Shown piece by piece: positions 28,557-40,419 of a stretch of DNA of 64,000 nucleotides. The position numbers and the translations under genes were made by a program. Each line of letters starts with the position of its first letter. Position 1 is the stretch's first letter. The notes under the pieces are model-generated. The model was not told where the DNA came from and searched no databases. It saw only the letters and a list, made by a program, of their open reading frames with translations. This DNA comes from Acidimicrobiales bacterium (GTDB taxonomy: Bacteria > Actinomycetota > Acidimicrobiia > Acidimicrobiales > Bog-793): positions 5,896 to 69,895 of the forward strand of contig JBEKEM010000011.1 of the NCBI GenBank assembly GCA_050013835.1, given 5' to 3'.

Positions 28557-29837
28557 TCACGTGTCCTCGCTGTAGGTGAACGAGAGCCGGCCGATCCGCA
28601 CGTCGTCGCCAGGTCGCGCGCCGGCGCGGGCGAGCGCCCGGTCGACCCCGAGCCGCTTGAGGCGGCGCTGGACGAGCGCCATGGCGTCGGGGTCCGTGAG
28701 GTCCGACAGACCGACCGCCCGCTCGGCGGCCCGCCCTGCGACGACGAAGCCATGGCCGTGGCGCTCGACGACGACCCCCTCGGCCGCCGGCCGGTGGACA
28801 ACCGGTGTCGCGGCGGGGATGAGGGCCCCGCGGCGGGCGGCGCCGACGAGGGCACCGAGCTGGGCGACGAGCGTGGCGACGCCCTCGCCGGTCGCCGAGG
28901 AGATCTCGAGCTCACCGCCGTAGTCGGCGGGGTCCGGCCGGGAGCCGGCCGGGGCCAGGTCGGCCCGCGAGCCGACGACAACCCGGGGCCGGGCGACAAG
29001 CTCCGGGCTGAACCGGCCGAGCTCGTCGAACAGCGAGGCGGCCTGCCGGGTCGGGGGGCGCCCCTCGTCCGGGGCGAGGTCGATCATGACGACGAGGACG
29101 CGCGCCCGCTCGACGTGGCGAAGGAAGCGGTGGCCGAGGCCCCGCCCCTCGCTCGCCCCCTCCACGAGGCCGGGAACGTCGGCAATGACGAACTCCGTCG
29201 CGCCGGCGTCGCCGTCACCCCGCCCCGAGAGGTGAACCACGCCGAGGTGCGGCTCGAGGGTCGTGAAGGGGTAGGCGGCGATCTTCGGCTTGGCGGCGGA
29301 GATCCGGGCGATGAGGGTCGACTTGCCGCAGTTCGGGAAGCCGACGACGGCGACGTCGGCCACGAGCTTCAACTCGAGGTCGAGCCAGCGCTCCTCGCCG
29401 AGCTCGCCCTGCTCGCCGAAGGCCGGCGCACGCAGCCTGTTCGTCAGGAACCGCGCGTTGCCGGCGCCACCGCGGCCGCCCTCGGCGGCCCGCAGGCGGT
29501 CGCCCGGGTTGCTGAGATCGGCGAAGACCTCGCCGCCCGCGCGTTTCACGACCGTCCCGACGGGGACGGGCACGACAAGGTCCCGCCCGGCCCGGCCGTG
29601 GCGACGGCCACCGCCGCCGTGGGAGCCGCTCTCGGCGCGCCGGTGCGGGTGGTCCCGGAAGGCGAGGAGCGAGGCGAGTGACGCCGTGGCCTCGAGGAAG
29701 ACATCGCCACCGCGGCCGCCGTCGCCACCGTCAGGCCCGCCGCGGGCGACGTGGGCCTCATGACGGAACGACACAGCCCCCGCGCCGCCGTCACCGGCTC
29801 TCACGTGGACCTGGGCCTCGTCGACGAAGCCGGCCAT
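28557..29837 (-). CDS. obgE: GTPase ObgE/CgtA
   Basis: FVDEA, GGPDGGDGGRGG, GFPNCGKST, YPFTTL, DVPGL. Confidence 0.97.
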   Translation of the reverse strand: MAGFVDEAQVHVRAGDGGAGAVSFRHEAHVARGGPDGGDGGRGGDVFLEATASLASLLAFRDHPHRRAESGSHGGGGRRHGRAGRDLVVPVPVGTVVKRAGGEVFADLSNPGDRLRAAEGGRGGAGNARFLTNRLRAPAFGEQGELGEERWLDLELKLVADVAVVGFPNCGKSTLIARISAAKPKIAAYPFTTLEPHLGVVHLSGRGDGDAGATEFVIADVPGLVEGASEGRGLGHRFLRHVERARVLVVMIDLAPDEGRPPTRQAASLFDELGRFSPELVARPRVVVGSRADLAPAGSRPDPADYGGELEISSATGEGVATLVAQLGALVGAARRGALIPAATPVVHRPAAEGVVVERHGHGFVVAGRAAERAVGLSDLTDPDAMALVQRRLKRLGVDRALARAGARPGDDVRIGRLSFTYSEDT

Positions 29838-29917
29838 GTCGGTGCCTTTCTCCGGGACGCTCCCCGGCACGTGACCGGCGGCACCACGGGTCGGGGCGGA
29901 CCGCTACGAGGTGCCGA

Positions 29918-30175
29918 TCACGCCTCGCCGGCGACGACGTCGACGAGACGCCGACCGCGCCGTTCGGCGAAGCGCACCGTACCGTTCGCCACGGCGAAAA
30001 GCGTGTCGTCCCCGCCGCGGGCGACGTTCAGACCCGGGTGGAAATGCGTGCCCCGCTGGCGCACAATGATCGCCCCGGAGGCAACGACCATGCCGTCGGA
30101 GGCCTTCACGCCGAGCCGCTGGGCGTTGGAATCCCGGCCGTTGCGGGTCGACCCGCCACCTTTGGTCTTGGACAC
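29918..30175 (-). CDS. rpmA: 50S ribosomal protein L27
   Basis: [31 protein letters not shown]. Confidence 0.98.
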   Translation of the reverse strand: MSKTKGGGSTRNGRDSNAQRLGVKASDGMVVASGAIIVRQRGTHFHPGLNVARGGDDTLFAVANGTVRFAERRGRRLVDVVAGEA

Positions 30176-30526
30176 TCAGGCCTCCTGCGGGCTTCTCGTC
30201 CTACCGGCCGGCTTGGATCCGGCCTCGATCGCAGTGATCTCGACCACCGAGTAGTGCTGGCGGTGGCCGAAGCGCCGGCGGCCCCGGGCCTTGGGCTGGT
30301 AGGTGAAGCCGGTGATCTTCGGGCCCTTGGCCTCACCGACGACCCTTCCCGCGACCCGCGACCCCTTGAGGGAGTCGCGTCCGGCAACGACCCGACCGTC
30401 GTCGACGACGAGGACCGGCGAGAACGAGACCTCCTCGTCTGTGGCCGCGCCAAGCAGTTCGACCTCGACGCGCGAGCCGACCTCGACGCGTTCCTGTTTG
30501 CCGCCAGAGGCGATCACTGCGTACAT
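30176..30526 (-). CDS. rplU: 50S ribosomal protein L21
   Basis: MYAVIASGGKQ...GHRQ. Confidence 0.97.
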   Translation of the reverse strand: MYAVIASGGKQERVEVGSRVEVELLGAATDEEVSFSPVLVVDDGRVVAGRDSLKGSRVAGRVVGEAKGPKITGFTYQPKARGRRRFGHRQHYSVVEITAIEAGSKPAGRTRSPQEA

Positions 30527-30607
30527 GAGGCCGCCATCGTAGCAAGGGGGCCGGGGTGGCCCGGACGACCCAGGTCCCGGCGGTTCACGACCGGGCCGGG
30601 TCCCGAC

Positions 30608-32341
30608 TCAGTCCTCGTCCTCGTTGAAGATGATTCCTCGTCCGTGGCACATCGGGCACGTCTCGCTGAGCGCCTCGAGGAGCCCCTCGCCGACCCGCTT
30701 CCGGGTCATCTCGACGAGGCCGAGCTCGGAGATCTCGAACACCTGCGTCGGGGTCTTGTCGCGCGCGAGAGCGGCGCGCAGCGTCGCCGCGACCTCCTGG
30801 CGGTTCGGCTTCAGCTCCATATCGATGAAGTCAATGACGATGATCCCGCCGATGTCCCGCAGCCGCAGCTGGCGGGCGATCTCCTCGGCCGCCTCGACAT
30901 TGTTGCGGAAGACGGTCTCCTCGAGGCTCGACGAGCCGACGTTCTTGCCGGTGTTGACGTCGATCACCGTCAATGCCTCGGTGCGCTCGATGATGAGCGA
31001 CCCCCCTGAGGGGAGCCAGACCTTGTGGTTGAGCGCCTTGTGCAACTGCTCGTGGATGTGCTGCCGCTCGAACAGCGGCAGGTCCTCGATTTCGGGGTCG
31101 TAGTACTCGACGCGGTCGGCGAGCGACGGGTCGATCTCGGCGACGTAGGAGCGGACAAGCTCGTAGAGCGCCCGGTCGTCGATGATGACGCCGCGGTACT
31201 CCTCGGTGAACTCCTCGCGGATGACGCGCAGCGCGAGGTGCGGCTCGGAGTAGAGAAGCGCCGGCGCCGAGACTCGGCGCGCCTTCGCGTCGATCTCGTC
31301 CCATTTCTTCACGAGCTGCGCGATGTCCCGCCGCAGCTCGTCGGCGTTGGCGCCCTCGGCGGCCGTGCGGACGATGATCCCGTGACCCTCGGGCCGGATC
31401 CCATCGAGCACCCGGCGCAGGCGCTTGCGCTCGCGGTCGTCGAGCCGCTTCGAGATGCCCGAGGCATTCGACTCCGGGACGAGGACGACGAAGCGGCCCG
31501 GCAGCGAGACTTCCTGGTTGAGGCGGGCGCCCTTCACCCCGATCGGGTTCTTCGTGACCTGGCAGATGATCGTCTGGCCGGGACGCAGCAGGTGCTCGAT
31601 CCGGGTCGTGCCCGGGTCGCGGTCGATCCCCTCTTCGCGCTCGGCCTGCACGTCTCCCCAGTACAGGACGGCGTTCTTGGGCGTACCGATGTCGACGAAG
31701 GCCGCCTCCATCCCGGGCAGCACGTTCTTCACCCGGCCGCGGTAAATGTTGCCGTCGATCTGGTTGGCGTCGTCGAGGGCCCGGGCGACGTGGTGCTCGA
31801 TGAGCGAGCGACCTTCGAGCACGGCGATCTGGGTATCGTCCGGGCCGACGTGGACGCACATTAGGTAGCGCCCGACCGGCCGCCCCTTGCGCTCCCGGCC
31901 CCGGCGCCGTCCCGGGGTGGCGAGGGCGGACTCGTCGCCCGTCTCCGGCTCGTCGGACGGCTCATCCTCGGCACGCACGGACGGTCGCGCCCTGCGGCTG
32001 GGGCTGCCCGCGGCACGGGCCGGGCGGCTCGTCACCGGCGGGGCGGCGGCTTCGCCGGTCGTCTCGGCGGGCTTCGCCACGGCACGGGAGCGCCCGCCTC
32101 GCCCGCGGCCACCGCGCCGGCGACGGCGGGGCTTCGGCGGGCTGTCCGGTGCCGCCCCGTTGGCCGGGGCGCGCGCCACACGGACCGGCGGGGCCGGCCG
32201 GCTGTCACCGATCTTCGGCTTGGGCGGCGCCTCAGACCTGAGGGCCACCCGCGGAGCGTCTAGGGCCGCGCCGGACGTCACCGGACGAGGCGCGCGTCGC
32301 GGCTCCCCGGCGTCGATGGCGCCGGTGGTCGGGTCGGACAT
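30608..32341 (-). CDS. rne: Ribonuclease E/G family
   Basis: GNIYRGRVKNVLPGMEAAFVDIG, IDVNTG, LRDIGGIIVIDFIDM, CPMCHGRG; Arg/Pro-rich N-terminus. AGAAGGGA RBS before ATG 32341. Confidence 0.93.
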   Translation of the reverse strand: MSDPTTGAIDAGEPRRAPRPVTSGAALDAPRVALRSEAPPKPKIGDSRPAPPVRVARAPANGAAPDSPPKPRRRRRGGRGRGGRSRAVAKPAETTGEAAAPPVTSRPARAAGSPSRRARPSVRAEDEPSDEPETGDESALATPGRRRGRERKGRPVGRYLMCVHVGPDDTQIAVLEGRSLIEHHVARALDDANQIDGNIYRGRVKNVLPGMEAAFVDIGTPKNAVLYWGDVQAEREEGIDRDPGTTRIEHLLRPGQTIICQVTKNPIGVKGARLNQEVSLPGRFVVLVPESNASGISKRLDDRERKRLRRVLDGIRPEGHGIIVRTAAEGANADELRRDIAQLVKKWDEIDAKARRVSAPALLYSEPHLALRVIREEFTEEYRGVIIDDRALYELVRSYVAEIDPSLADRVEYYDPEIEDLPLFERQHIHEQLHKALNHKVWLPSGGSLIIERTEALTVIDVNTGKNVGSSSLEETVFRNNVEAAEEIARQLRLRDIGGIIVIDFIDMELKPNRQEVAATLRAALARDKTPTQVFEISELGLVEMTRKRVGEGLLEALSETCPMCHGRGIIFNEDED

Positions 32342-32630
32342 GAGAGAGGTCCCTTCTAGGACGCGCACCGCAGGGGTGCGCGGGAACCACCGCGCGGGCG
32401 CCGGCAGGCGTGTCGCCGCGCCTCGCGACGGTGGGGCCAGATCGAAATTGCGGGCCGCTTTGGCGGGCGGGTACCCGAACTCCCACCAGCGGGGCGGCGA
32501 TTGCTTGCGCGCGGCGGGGCCCCCCAGCTCCGGGCGCACAACGGGTGACGGGCACGGCCTCGGCCGGCGCGCGTCGCGCTCCAAGACGCGTTCTTCCTGG
32601 TTGCGGCGTAATCATCCGTATCGCAGTCTA
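32342..32630 (-). promoter_or_regulatory. rne promoter (-10 TAGACT at 32625-32630) and long 5' UTR of about 275 nt
   Basis: Canonical TAnnnT hexamer in the mrdA-rne gap; no convincing coding sequence between it and the RBS. Confidence 0.5.
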
Positions 32631-32694
32631 ACCCCGGGTCCCCCCGTTCCTCGGCCCGGAGGCGTTGCAATCAGATGAACATGCGCCGTGGCCC

Positions 32695-34767
32695 TCAGGG
32701 CGCAGCCAGGCGGCTGACCCCGTGCGTGTAGAGGTAGTTGTAGATCTGACGGGCGACCGGCGCCGCCGCCGAAGCGCCGAAGCCCGCCTGGTTGATCTCG
32801 ACGCAGACGACGTAGCGCGGAGCAGCTCCGCGCGGCCCCCCGAACGAGACGAACCACGAGGTCGGCTGGATGACGTCGCTCACCGTCACCGTCGCCGTCC
32901 CGGTCTTGCCGGCGATATTCCACTTCGCAAAGTTGAAACCGACGAAGTCCGCGTAGGCGGTGCCGAGCGGGTTCTGTACGGCGCCCTCGAGCCCGTCGAG
33001 GATCGTCTGGCGAGTGACCGCCGACATCGTGACGTGGCTGAGCGCGCGGGGCGCGAAGCGCTTCACGACCCGGCCCGACGGCGAGAGCACGGCGGCGGTG
33101 AGCTCGGGGGCGTAGCGGGTGCCACCGTTGGCGAACGTCGCGTACGCCGTCGCGAGTTGGATCGGCGTGACGACGGTCTCGCCCTGGCCGAAGGCCATCT
33201 CGACGTTGTCGCCGAGGTACCAGGTGTCGGCGTAGACCTTCGGCGCCTGCTCGTGGAGGAGTTTGCGGGTCTGCGGGCTGTCGACCCAGCCGTTCTGCAC
33301 CTCGTCGGAGGGCAGGTCGACTCGGCTCGGGACCCCGAGGCCGTAGAGGTGGGCCTCATTCTGGATCGGCGTCAACCCGTATCGGGCACGGTCCGCCCAG
33401 AACTGCCCGCCGAGCGTGTAGAAGAAGAAGTCGCTCGAGCGGGTGAGCGCCGTCACGACGTTGATCGGGCCGAGCGGCACGTTGTCGGCGTCGTGCAGGG
33501 GGGCGCCTCCCGGTAGCGGGTACGAGCCGGTGTCGTCGATGATCGTGTACGGCGTGATGAGCCCGGTGTTGAGGGCCGCCGTCGCCGTCACGAGCTTGAA
33601 GGTCGAGCCCGGCGGCTGGAAGCCCTGCACGGCCCAGTTGTTGAGCGGGTACCCGGTCGTCGACTTGAGGTACGAGTAGCGGGCGTCCGTCATCCCGGTG
33701 ATCCACCAGTTGTCGTCGTAGCTCGGGTAGGACGCCATCGCGAGGACCTGGCCGTCGCGCGGGTCGAGCACGACGGCGGCGCCGAGGGGTGCGGGCTTGC
33801 CGGTCGCGCGCACGGCGGCGATCTCATTGGCGAGCGCCGAGCTGACGGCCCTTTCCAGGCCGAGATCGATGTTCAGCTCGAGCGAGTCCCCCGGTCTGGA
33901 GGGCTTGGTCGACACCGTCCGCACGACCTTGCCGGTGGGGTCGACCGCCTCGGTCACGACACCGGGCTTGCCCTGCAGGTAGAGCTCGTACTGCTGCTCG
34001 AGCCCGGACTGTCCGACGATCTCGCTCTCGTCATATCCGTCGCGGGCCAACCTCGCGAGCTCGGGGGCGGTGATCAGGCGCACGTAGCCGAGCGTCTGGG
34101 TGGCGAGGCCCCCGTACGTGTAGTCGCGCACCGACTCGTGCTGCACCTTCACCCCGGGGAACTGCGACTGGTGCTCGGCGATGTACAGGACCACCGGGGC
34201 CGGGACGTCGAAGGCGACCGGCACCGGCTGGTACGGGCTGAATTGGTTGCTCGCCAGGTCGGCATCGATCTCTTTCACGGTGAGCCCGGAGATGAGGGCG
34301 ACGAGGCGGCGCTTCACGGCCGGGTCGGCGATCCGGGCCCCGTTCGGCCCAGGCGTCGTCGCGAGCGTCACGACCCACTCGAAGGTGTCCTTGGCGAGCG
34401 CCTGCCCGCCCCTGGCGACGATCTCCCCACGGGGCGCGGGCGTGTCGATCGGCCGCGTCGTCGTCTGCAGGGCCGTGGTGTTCAGCCGGTGCCCCTGAAG
34501 GACCTGCAGCGACCACAGCCGGACGAGGAGCGTCGCGAACAGCACGACGACGACGGCGGCGACGACCGACAGCCGGACGCTGGCGCGCGCGCCCTCACGG
34601 GCCTTGCGCTGCCCTTCACGCGCCGGCTTGTTGAGCGGCTTGCGCCGGGGGGACACGGGGCGTGGCGGGACCGGGCCGAAGGTCGCCGACGGACGGGCAG
34701 GCGAGCCCCCCCAGCGCGCCGCCCGACGCCTGGGGCGGGGCTGACGCGCCGAGCGCCACCACGTCAC
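32695..34767 (-). CDS. mrdA: Penicillin-binding protein 2 (class B)
   Basis: Transmembrane anchor, APRGEI, GQSGLEQQYE, STFK (SxxK), SSD, KTGT. GTGA overlap with mreD; start uncertain. Confidence 0.92.
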   Translation of the reverse strand: MTWWRSARQPRPRRRAARWGGSPARPSATFGPVPPRPVSPRRKPLNKPAREGQRKAREGARASVRLSVVAAVVVVLFATLLVRLWSLQVLQGHRLNTTALQTTTRPIDTPAPRGEIVARGGQALAKDTFEWVVTLATTPGPNGARIADPAVKRRLVALISGLTVKEIDADLASNQFSPYQPVPVAFDVPAPVVLYIAEHQSQFPGVKVQHESVRDYTYGGLATQTLGYVRLITAPELARLARDGYDESEIVGQSGLEQQYELYLQGKPGVVTEAVDPTGKVVRTVSTKPSRPGDSLELNIDLGLERAVSSALANEIAAVRATGKPAPLGAAVVLDPRDGQVLAMASYPSYDDNWWITGMTDARYSYLKSTTGYPLNNWAVQGFQPPGSTFKLVTATAALNTGLITPYTIIDDTGSYPLPGGAPLHDADNVPLGPINVVTALTRSSDFFFYTLGGQFWADRARYGLTPIQNEAHLYGLGVPSRVDLPSDEVQNGWVDSPQTRKLLHEQAPKVYADTWYLGDNVEMAFGQGETVVTPIQLATAYATFANGGTRYAPELTAAVLSPSGRVVKRFAPRALSHVTMSAVTRQTILDGLEGAVQNPLGTAYADFVGFNFAKWNIAGKTGTATVTVSDVIQPTSWFVSFGGPRGAAPRYVVCVEINQAGFGASAAAPVARQIYNYLYTHGVSRLAAP

Positions 34768-35303
34768 GAGGAAGCGCTCCCGCCACGAGGCACGACAAGG
34801 CCGAGGCGGGCCCGCGACCCGGCGAACACCCACCGCTGGACCCGCAGCACCGGCCAGGAAAGGACGACGGCACCGAGGGCGACGGCCAGGACGTCGTACA
34901 CCGTGACGAGCCCGAGCATGCCGGCCCGCCCGGTGATGGCGCCAAGGATGGCGTAGCCGAGGGTGCCGAGCACCGCCGCGGCGGCACACGTCGCGGCCTG
35001 GGTCATCTCGACATCGCGGGCGGCAAGGTTCGCCCGCAGCATCCCCGTGGCGAACCCGACGAGGACGAACGTGAGCGGCGACAGGCCGAAGGGGAGGTTG
35101 ACGACGAGGTCGGCGGCGAACCCGGATACGAACCCGGCGATGGCACCACGCTGGGGGCCGGCGGCCATCCCGGCGCAGGCGGCGATGAGGATCATCACGT
35201 CGGGGTGGGCACCGAAAAGCGTGACGTCGTTGAGCACGGTGACCTGGAAAAGGAGCCCGAGCACGACGACCGGCATGAGCTTCGCCCAGTTCGCCGTCGT
35301 CAC
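34764..35303 (-). CDS. mreD: Rod shape-determining protein MreD
   Basis: Hydrophobic protein, HPD, GAIAGFVSGFAADL; position after mreC. Confidence 0.88.
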   Translation of the reverse strand: MTTANWAKLMPVVVLGLLFQVTVLNDVTLFGAHPDVMILIAACAGMAAGPQRGAIAGFVSGFAADLVVNLPFGLSPLTFVLVGFATGMLRANLAARDVEMTQAATCAAAAVLGTLGYAILGAITGRAGMLGLVTVYDVLAVALGAVVLSWPVLRVQRWVFAGSRARLGLVVPRGGSASS

Positions 35304-35333
35304 GTCGCCACCTTCCGTCTCATGGCCGGCGGT

Positions 35334-36164
35334 TCATCCCGGTTCCAGCCATTCGAGGACGTCGACGAATTGCAGATTGTCGAAGTTGACGATCGGCGCC
35401 GCCGTCACCGCCGCCGAGAGGCCCTCAGGCGACACCCGGACGCTCCGCACGATCCCGACGGGGATCCCGGCGGGGATGGCCCCGCCACCGAGCCCGCTCG
35501 TGTAGACGAGCTCGCCGCGGTGCACGCTGGTCGTACCGGCGACGTAGTCGAGCGTGAGCGGCTTACCCCAACCGCCTCCGACGGCGCGGTACAGCCCAGA
35601 CCCACCGATGTTCACGGGGACTGACGAGGTCGGGTCGGTGAGGAGCAGCACGCTAGCGGTCGACGACGACGCCGACAGGACCGAGCCGACGAGACCGGCG
35701 TTAGCGACGACGGGCATGCCGGGACCGACGCCGGACGATGTGCCCTCATCGAGCTCGACCGTCGCCTGGAGGCTCGAGGTCGCATTCCCGATCACCTCGC
35801 CCGGGATGAGCGGGATGCCCGCCACGTACGGCAGGTGGGCAAGTGAGAGCACGCGCTGCGCCTCGGCCGAGGCGTAGGCGTCGGCCGCCAGCTTCAACCT
35901 GATCCGGCCGAGCTCCTGGCGCAGCTGCTGGTTCTGGGTCTCCAGCGAGCCGTAGTTGATCGTGCCGGAGAACAGGTCGCCCACGGGATGCAGCACCGCC
36001 GCGACCCCGCGCTGGATCGGGCTGATGACGTCGCGCACGGCGTTGCGCACGTGCGTGATCGCGTGGCTCGCCTGGCCGTGGTAGTCGAGCGTGAGAACGG
36101 TGATCGAGGCGAGCACCAGCATGACGAGCGTCAAGCGCTGGCTCGTACGCCGGTTGGCGATCAC
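35334..36164 (-). CDS. mreC: Rod shape-determining protein MreC
   Basis: Transmembrane helix plus coiled coil, GMPVV..GLVG, TSGLGG..PAGIPVG. Confidence 0.92.
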   Translation of the reverse strand: MIANRRTSQRLTLVMLVLASITVLTLDYHGQASHAITHVRNAVRDVISPIQRGVAAVLHPVGDLFSGTINYGSLETQNQQLRQELGRIRLKLAADAYASAEAQRVLSLAHLPYVAGIPLIPGEVIGNATSSLQATVELDEGTSSGVGPGMPVVANAGLVGSVLSASSSTASVLLLTDPTSSVPVNIGGSGLYRAVGGGWGKPLTLDYVAGTTSVHRGELVYTSGLGGGAIPAGIPVGIVRSVRVSPEGLSAAVTAAPIVNFDNLQFVDVLEWLEPG

Positions 36165-36182
36165 CGCCCGAGCCTCGAGCCG

Positions 36183-37211
36183 CTAGTGGCCGGAGGACGC
36201 CAACAACGAGCGGAGGGCGTCGATGTTCTCGAGACACATCCCCCCGCCGATCGCGACGCAGTTCAGGGGGTCCTGGGCGACGACGATCGGCATGTTCGTC
36301 TCGGCCGCCAGCCTCACGTCAAGGCCGTGGAGGAGGGCCCCGCCGCCCGTGAGGACGAGACCCTGGCTGGCGACGTCGGCGACAAGCTCGGGCGGGGTCT
36401 TGTCGAGCGTCGCCTTGATCGCGTCGACGATCGCCGCCACGGGCTCCTCGATCGCCCGTCGGATGTCCTGGGTCGAGGTGATGACCATCTTCGGCAGGCC
36501 GGTGACGAGGTCCCGGCCGCGGATCTCGGCGTGCAGCTCCTCCTCGAGCTCGCAGGCCGAGCCGAGCGTGATCTTGATCTCCTCGGCCGTGCGCTCGCCG
36601 AGCGCCAGGCTGTACTCCTTCTTGGCGAAGGCGATGACCGCCTGGTCGAGCTCGTCACCGGCGATCCGGATCGACTGGCTCGTCACGATGCCGCCGAGCG
36701 AGATCACGGCGACCTCGGTCGTGCCGCCGCCGATGTCGACGACCATATTCCCCGTCGGCTCGTGGACGGGGAGTCCGGCCCCGATCGCCGCCGCCATCGG
36801 CTCCTCGAGGGTGAAGGCGCGGCGCGCCCCGGCGTACTCGGCAGCCTCCTGGACGGCGCGCTTCTCCACGCCGGTGATGCCCGAGGGCACACAGATCACG
36901 ATCTGGGGCTTGGAGAAGCGCCTGGGGTGCACCTTGCGGATGAAGTACCGCAGCATCATCTCGCAGACCTCGAAATCGGCGATGACGCCATCTTTCAGCG
37001 GCCGGATCGCCTGGATGTTGCTCGGCGTCCGGCCGATCATCCGCTTCGCCTCGTAGCCGACGGCGAGCGGCTGGCCATCGAGGACGTTGATGGCGACGAC
37101 GGAGGGCTCGTTGAGGACGATGCCCTTGCCTCGCACGTAGACGAGGGTGTTCGCGGTTCCGAGATCGACCGCCATGTCGCGACCCGCGACGCCCCAGCTC
37201 TTGGCATTCAT
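36183..37211 (-). CDS. mreB: Rod shape-determining protein MreB
   Basis: DLGTANT, EPMAAAIG, DIGGGTTE, LTGGGALL. Confidence 0.97.
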   Translation of the reverse strand: MNAKSWGVAGRDMAVDLGTANTLVYVRGKGIVLNEPSVVAINVLDGQPLAVGYEAKRMIGRTPSNIQAIRPLKDGVIADFEVCEMMLRYFIRKVHPRRFSKPQIVICVPSGITGVEKRAVQEAAEYAGARRAFTLEEPMAAAIGAGLPVHEPTGNMVVDIGGGTTEVAVISLGGIVTSQSIRIAGDELDQAVIAFAKKEYSLALGERTAEEIKITLGSACELEEELHAEIRGRDLVTGLPKMVITSTQDIRRAIEEPVAAIVDAIKATLDKTPPELVADVASQGLVLTGGGALLHGLDVRLAAETNMPIVVAQDPLNCVAIGGGMCLENIDALRSLLASSGH

Positions 37212-37326
37212 GACCGGCCCACTCTCCGCTCCACGACTGTCGGCCCAGGTTAGGGCAGTACATCCGGCCGAACAAGGCGCCATGGACGTCCGAGGAGGCG
37301 GACGCGCGGCCCGGCGCGCCGGCGGA

Positions 37327-37737
37327 TCAGCCGAGCTCCGGGAAGAAGAGCGCGATCTCCCGCGCCGCCGACTCCGGCCCGTCCGAGCCGTGGACGAGGT
37401 TCTCCGGCGAGGAGCCTCCGAGGTCGCCCCGGATCGAACCGGGCGGGGCCATAGCGGGGTCGGTCGGCCCCATCAGGCTCCGCACCAGGGCCCAGGTATC
37501 GGGCGGCCCCTCGACGACCATCGCGAGCGACGGAGAGCGCGTGATGAAGGCGACGAGGCTCTCGAAGAACGGCTTGCCGAGGTGCTCCTCGTAGTGCCGC
37601 TTGGCGAGCTCGGTGTCGACCGTCAGCATCCGGGCGGCGACGATCTTCAGCCCCTTGCGCTCGATACGGGAGACGATCTCGCCAACGAGGCCGCGCTCGA
37701 CCGCGTCGGGCTTGCAGATGACGAGCGTGCGGTCCAT
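37327..37737 (-). CDS. ndk: Nucleoside diphosphate kinase
   Basis: KPDAV, PGSIRGD, NLVHGSD. Confidence 0.97.
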   Translation of the reverse strand: MDRTLVICKPDAVERGLVGEIVSRIERKGLKIVAARMLTVDTELAKRHYEEHLGKPFFESLVAFITRSPSLAMVVEGPPDTWALVRSLMGPTDPAMAPPGSIRGDLGGSSPENLVHGSDGPESAAREIALFFPELG

Positions 37738-39130
37738 GCGCTCCCGACGCTACCTGGTGAGATTCTTCCTCGCCGCCCCGACGAGGTAAAGCGACCCGGT
37801 GACGAGCACGAGGTCGCCCTCGCCAGCGAGGGCGCGCGCCTCTTCGAGCGCCGCGGAGACCGAGTCGGCGACGCTCGAGCTGAGTCCGAGGCCGGCCGCC
37901 GCGGTGGCGACCTCGGCCGCAGCGAGTCCCCGCAGCGAGGGCGGCGTGCAGGCGATGACGTGGGAGATCCGTTCCGTCCCGAGGGCGCTGAGGACCCCGG
38001 CGGGCGATCGGCCGTTCAAGCAACCGAAGACGAGGATGACCCGCCCGACGGCAGCGAAATCCTCCGCCAGAGCCTGGCCGAGAGCCGCCGCCCCCGCCGG
38101 GTTGTGCGCCCCGTCGAGCACGACGAGCGGCTGGCGTCCGAGGACCTCCAGCCTGCCGGGAACCCGCGCCCGGCCGAGCGCCTCGGCGACAACCCCGCGG
38201 TCGAGGGGCGAGCCGAAGAACGCCTCGGTGGCCGCGACGGCGACCGCCACGTTGTCACCCTGGTGGGCGCCGAAGAGCGGCACGAACAGCTCCTCGTAGG
38301 TCGTCCCCGGGGTCCGCACAGAGACGACCCTGCCGCCCACGGCCGGGAAGTTGTCGACGCAATCGAACTCGACCCCTCGTCGCCAGAACGCGTCGGCCCC
38401 GACCGCGCGCGCCTCGGACTCGAAGACGCCGACGATGTCGTCGTCCTCCTCGCCGACGACCGCCACGCAGCCCGGCTTCAGGATGCCAGCCTTCTCCCAG
38501 GCGATCTCGGCTCGCGTGCCCCCGAGGATCGAGACGTGGTCGAGCTCGATGTTCGTGACGACGGCGACCTGGCCGTCGGCGACGTTCGTCGCGTCGTAGC
38601 GTCCGCCGAGCCCCACCTCGATGACCCCGGCGTCGACGGCGGCGTCGGCGAAGAAGCGGTACGCCGCCGCCGTCATGAGCTCGAACCAGGTCGGCGCCAG
38701 CATCCCCGGGTTCTCCGCCCGCACGAATTCCTCGACGGCTTCCAGCGGGTGGAGGACGGCAAGGAGGTCGTCATCGGAGATCGGCTCGCCGTCCCAGGCG
38801 ATCCGCTCGTTCAGGTCGATGAGATGCGGGCTCGTGTAGCTGCCCACGGACAGGCCCTGGGCGCCCAAGAGCGCCGTGGTCAGCCGCGTCGTCGAGGTCT
38901 TGCCGTTCGTACCCGTGATGTGGATGACCGGGAACGAACGCTCGGGATCCCCCATCGCCGCGAGGAGCGCCTTGATGCGCTCGAGAGTCGGCTGGGCGGC
39001 CCGTCCGGCAGCCCCGCGCTCGATCGCCTCGAGGTTGATGTGCCGGTCGAGCCAGGCGAGGACCTCACCCAGGGATCCGTCGCGGGATCCGGCCGGGTCG
39101 TCCTCGGGCGAGCGCTGGTGCGGCGAACGG

Positions 39131-40405
<1,275 letters not shown>

Positions 40406-40419
40406 GTCCCCTCCCTCGC

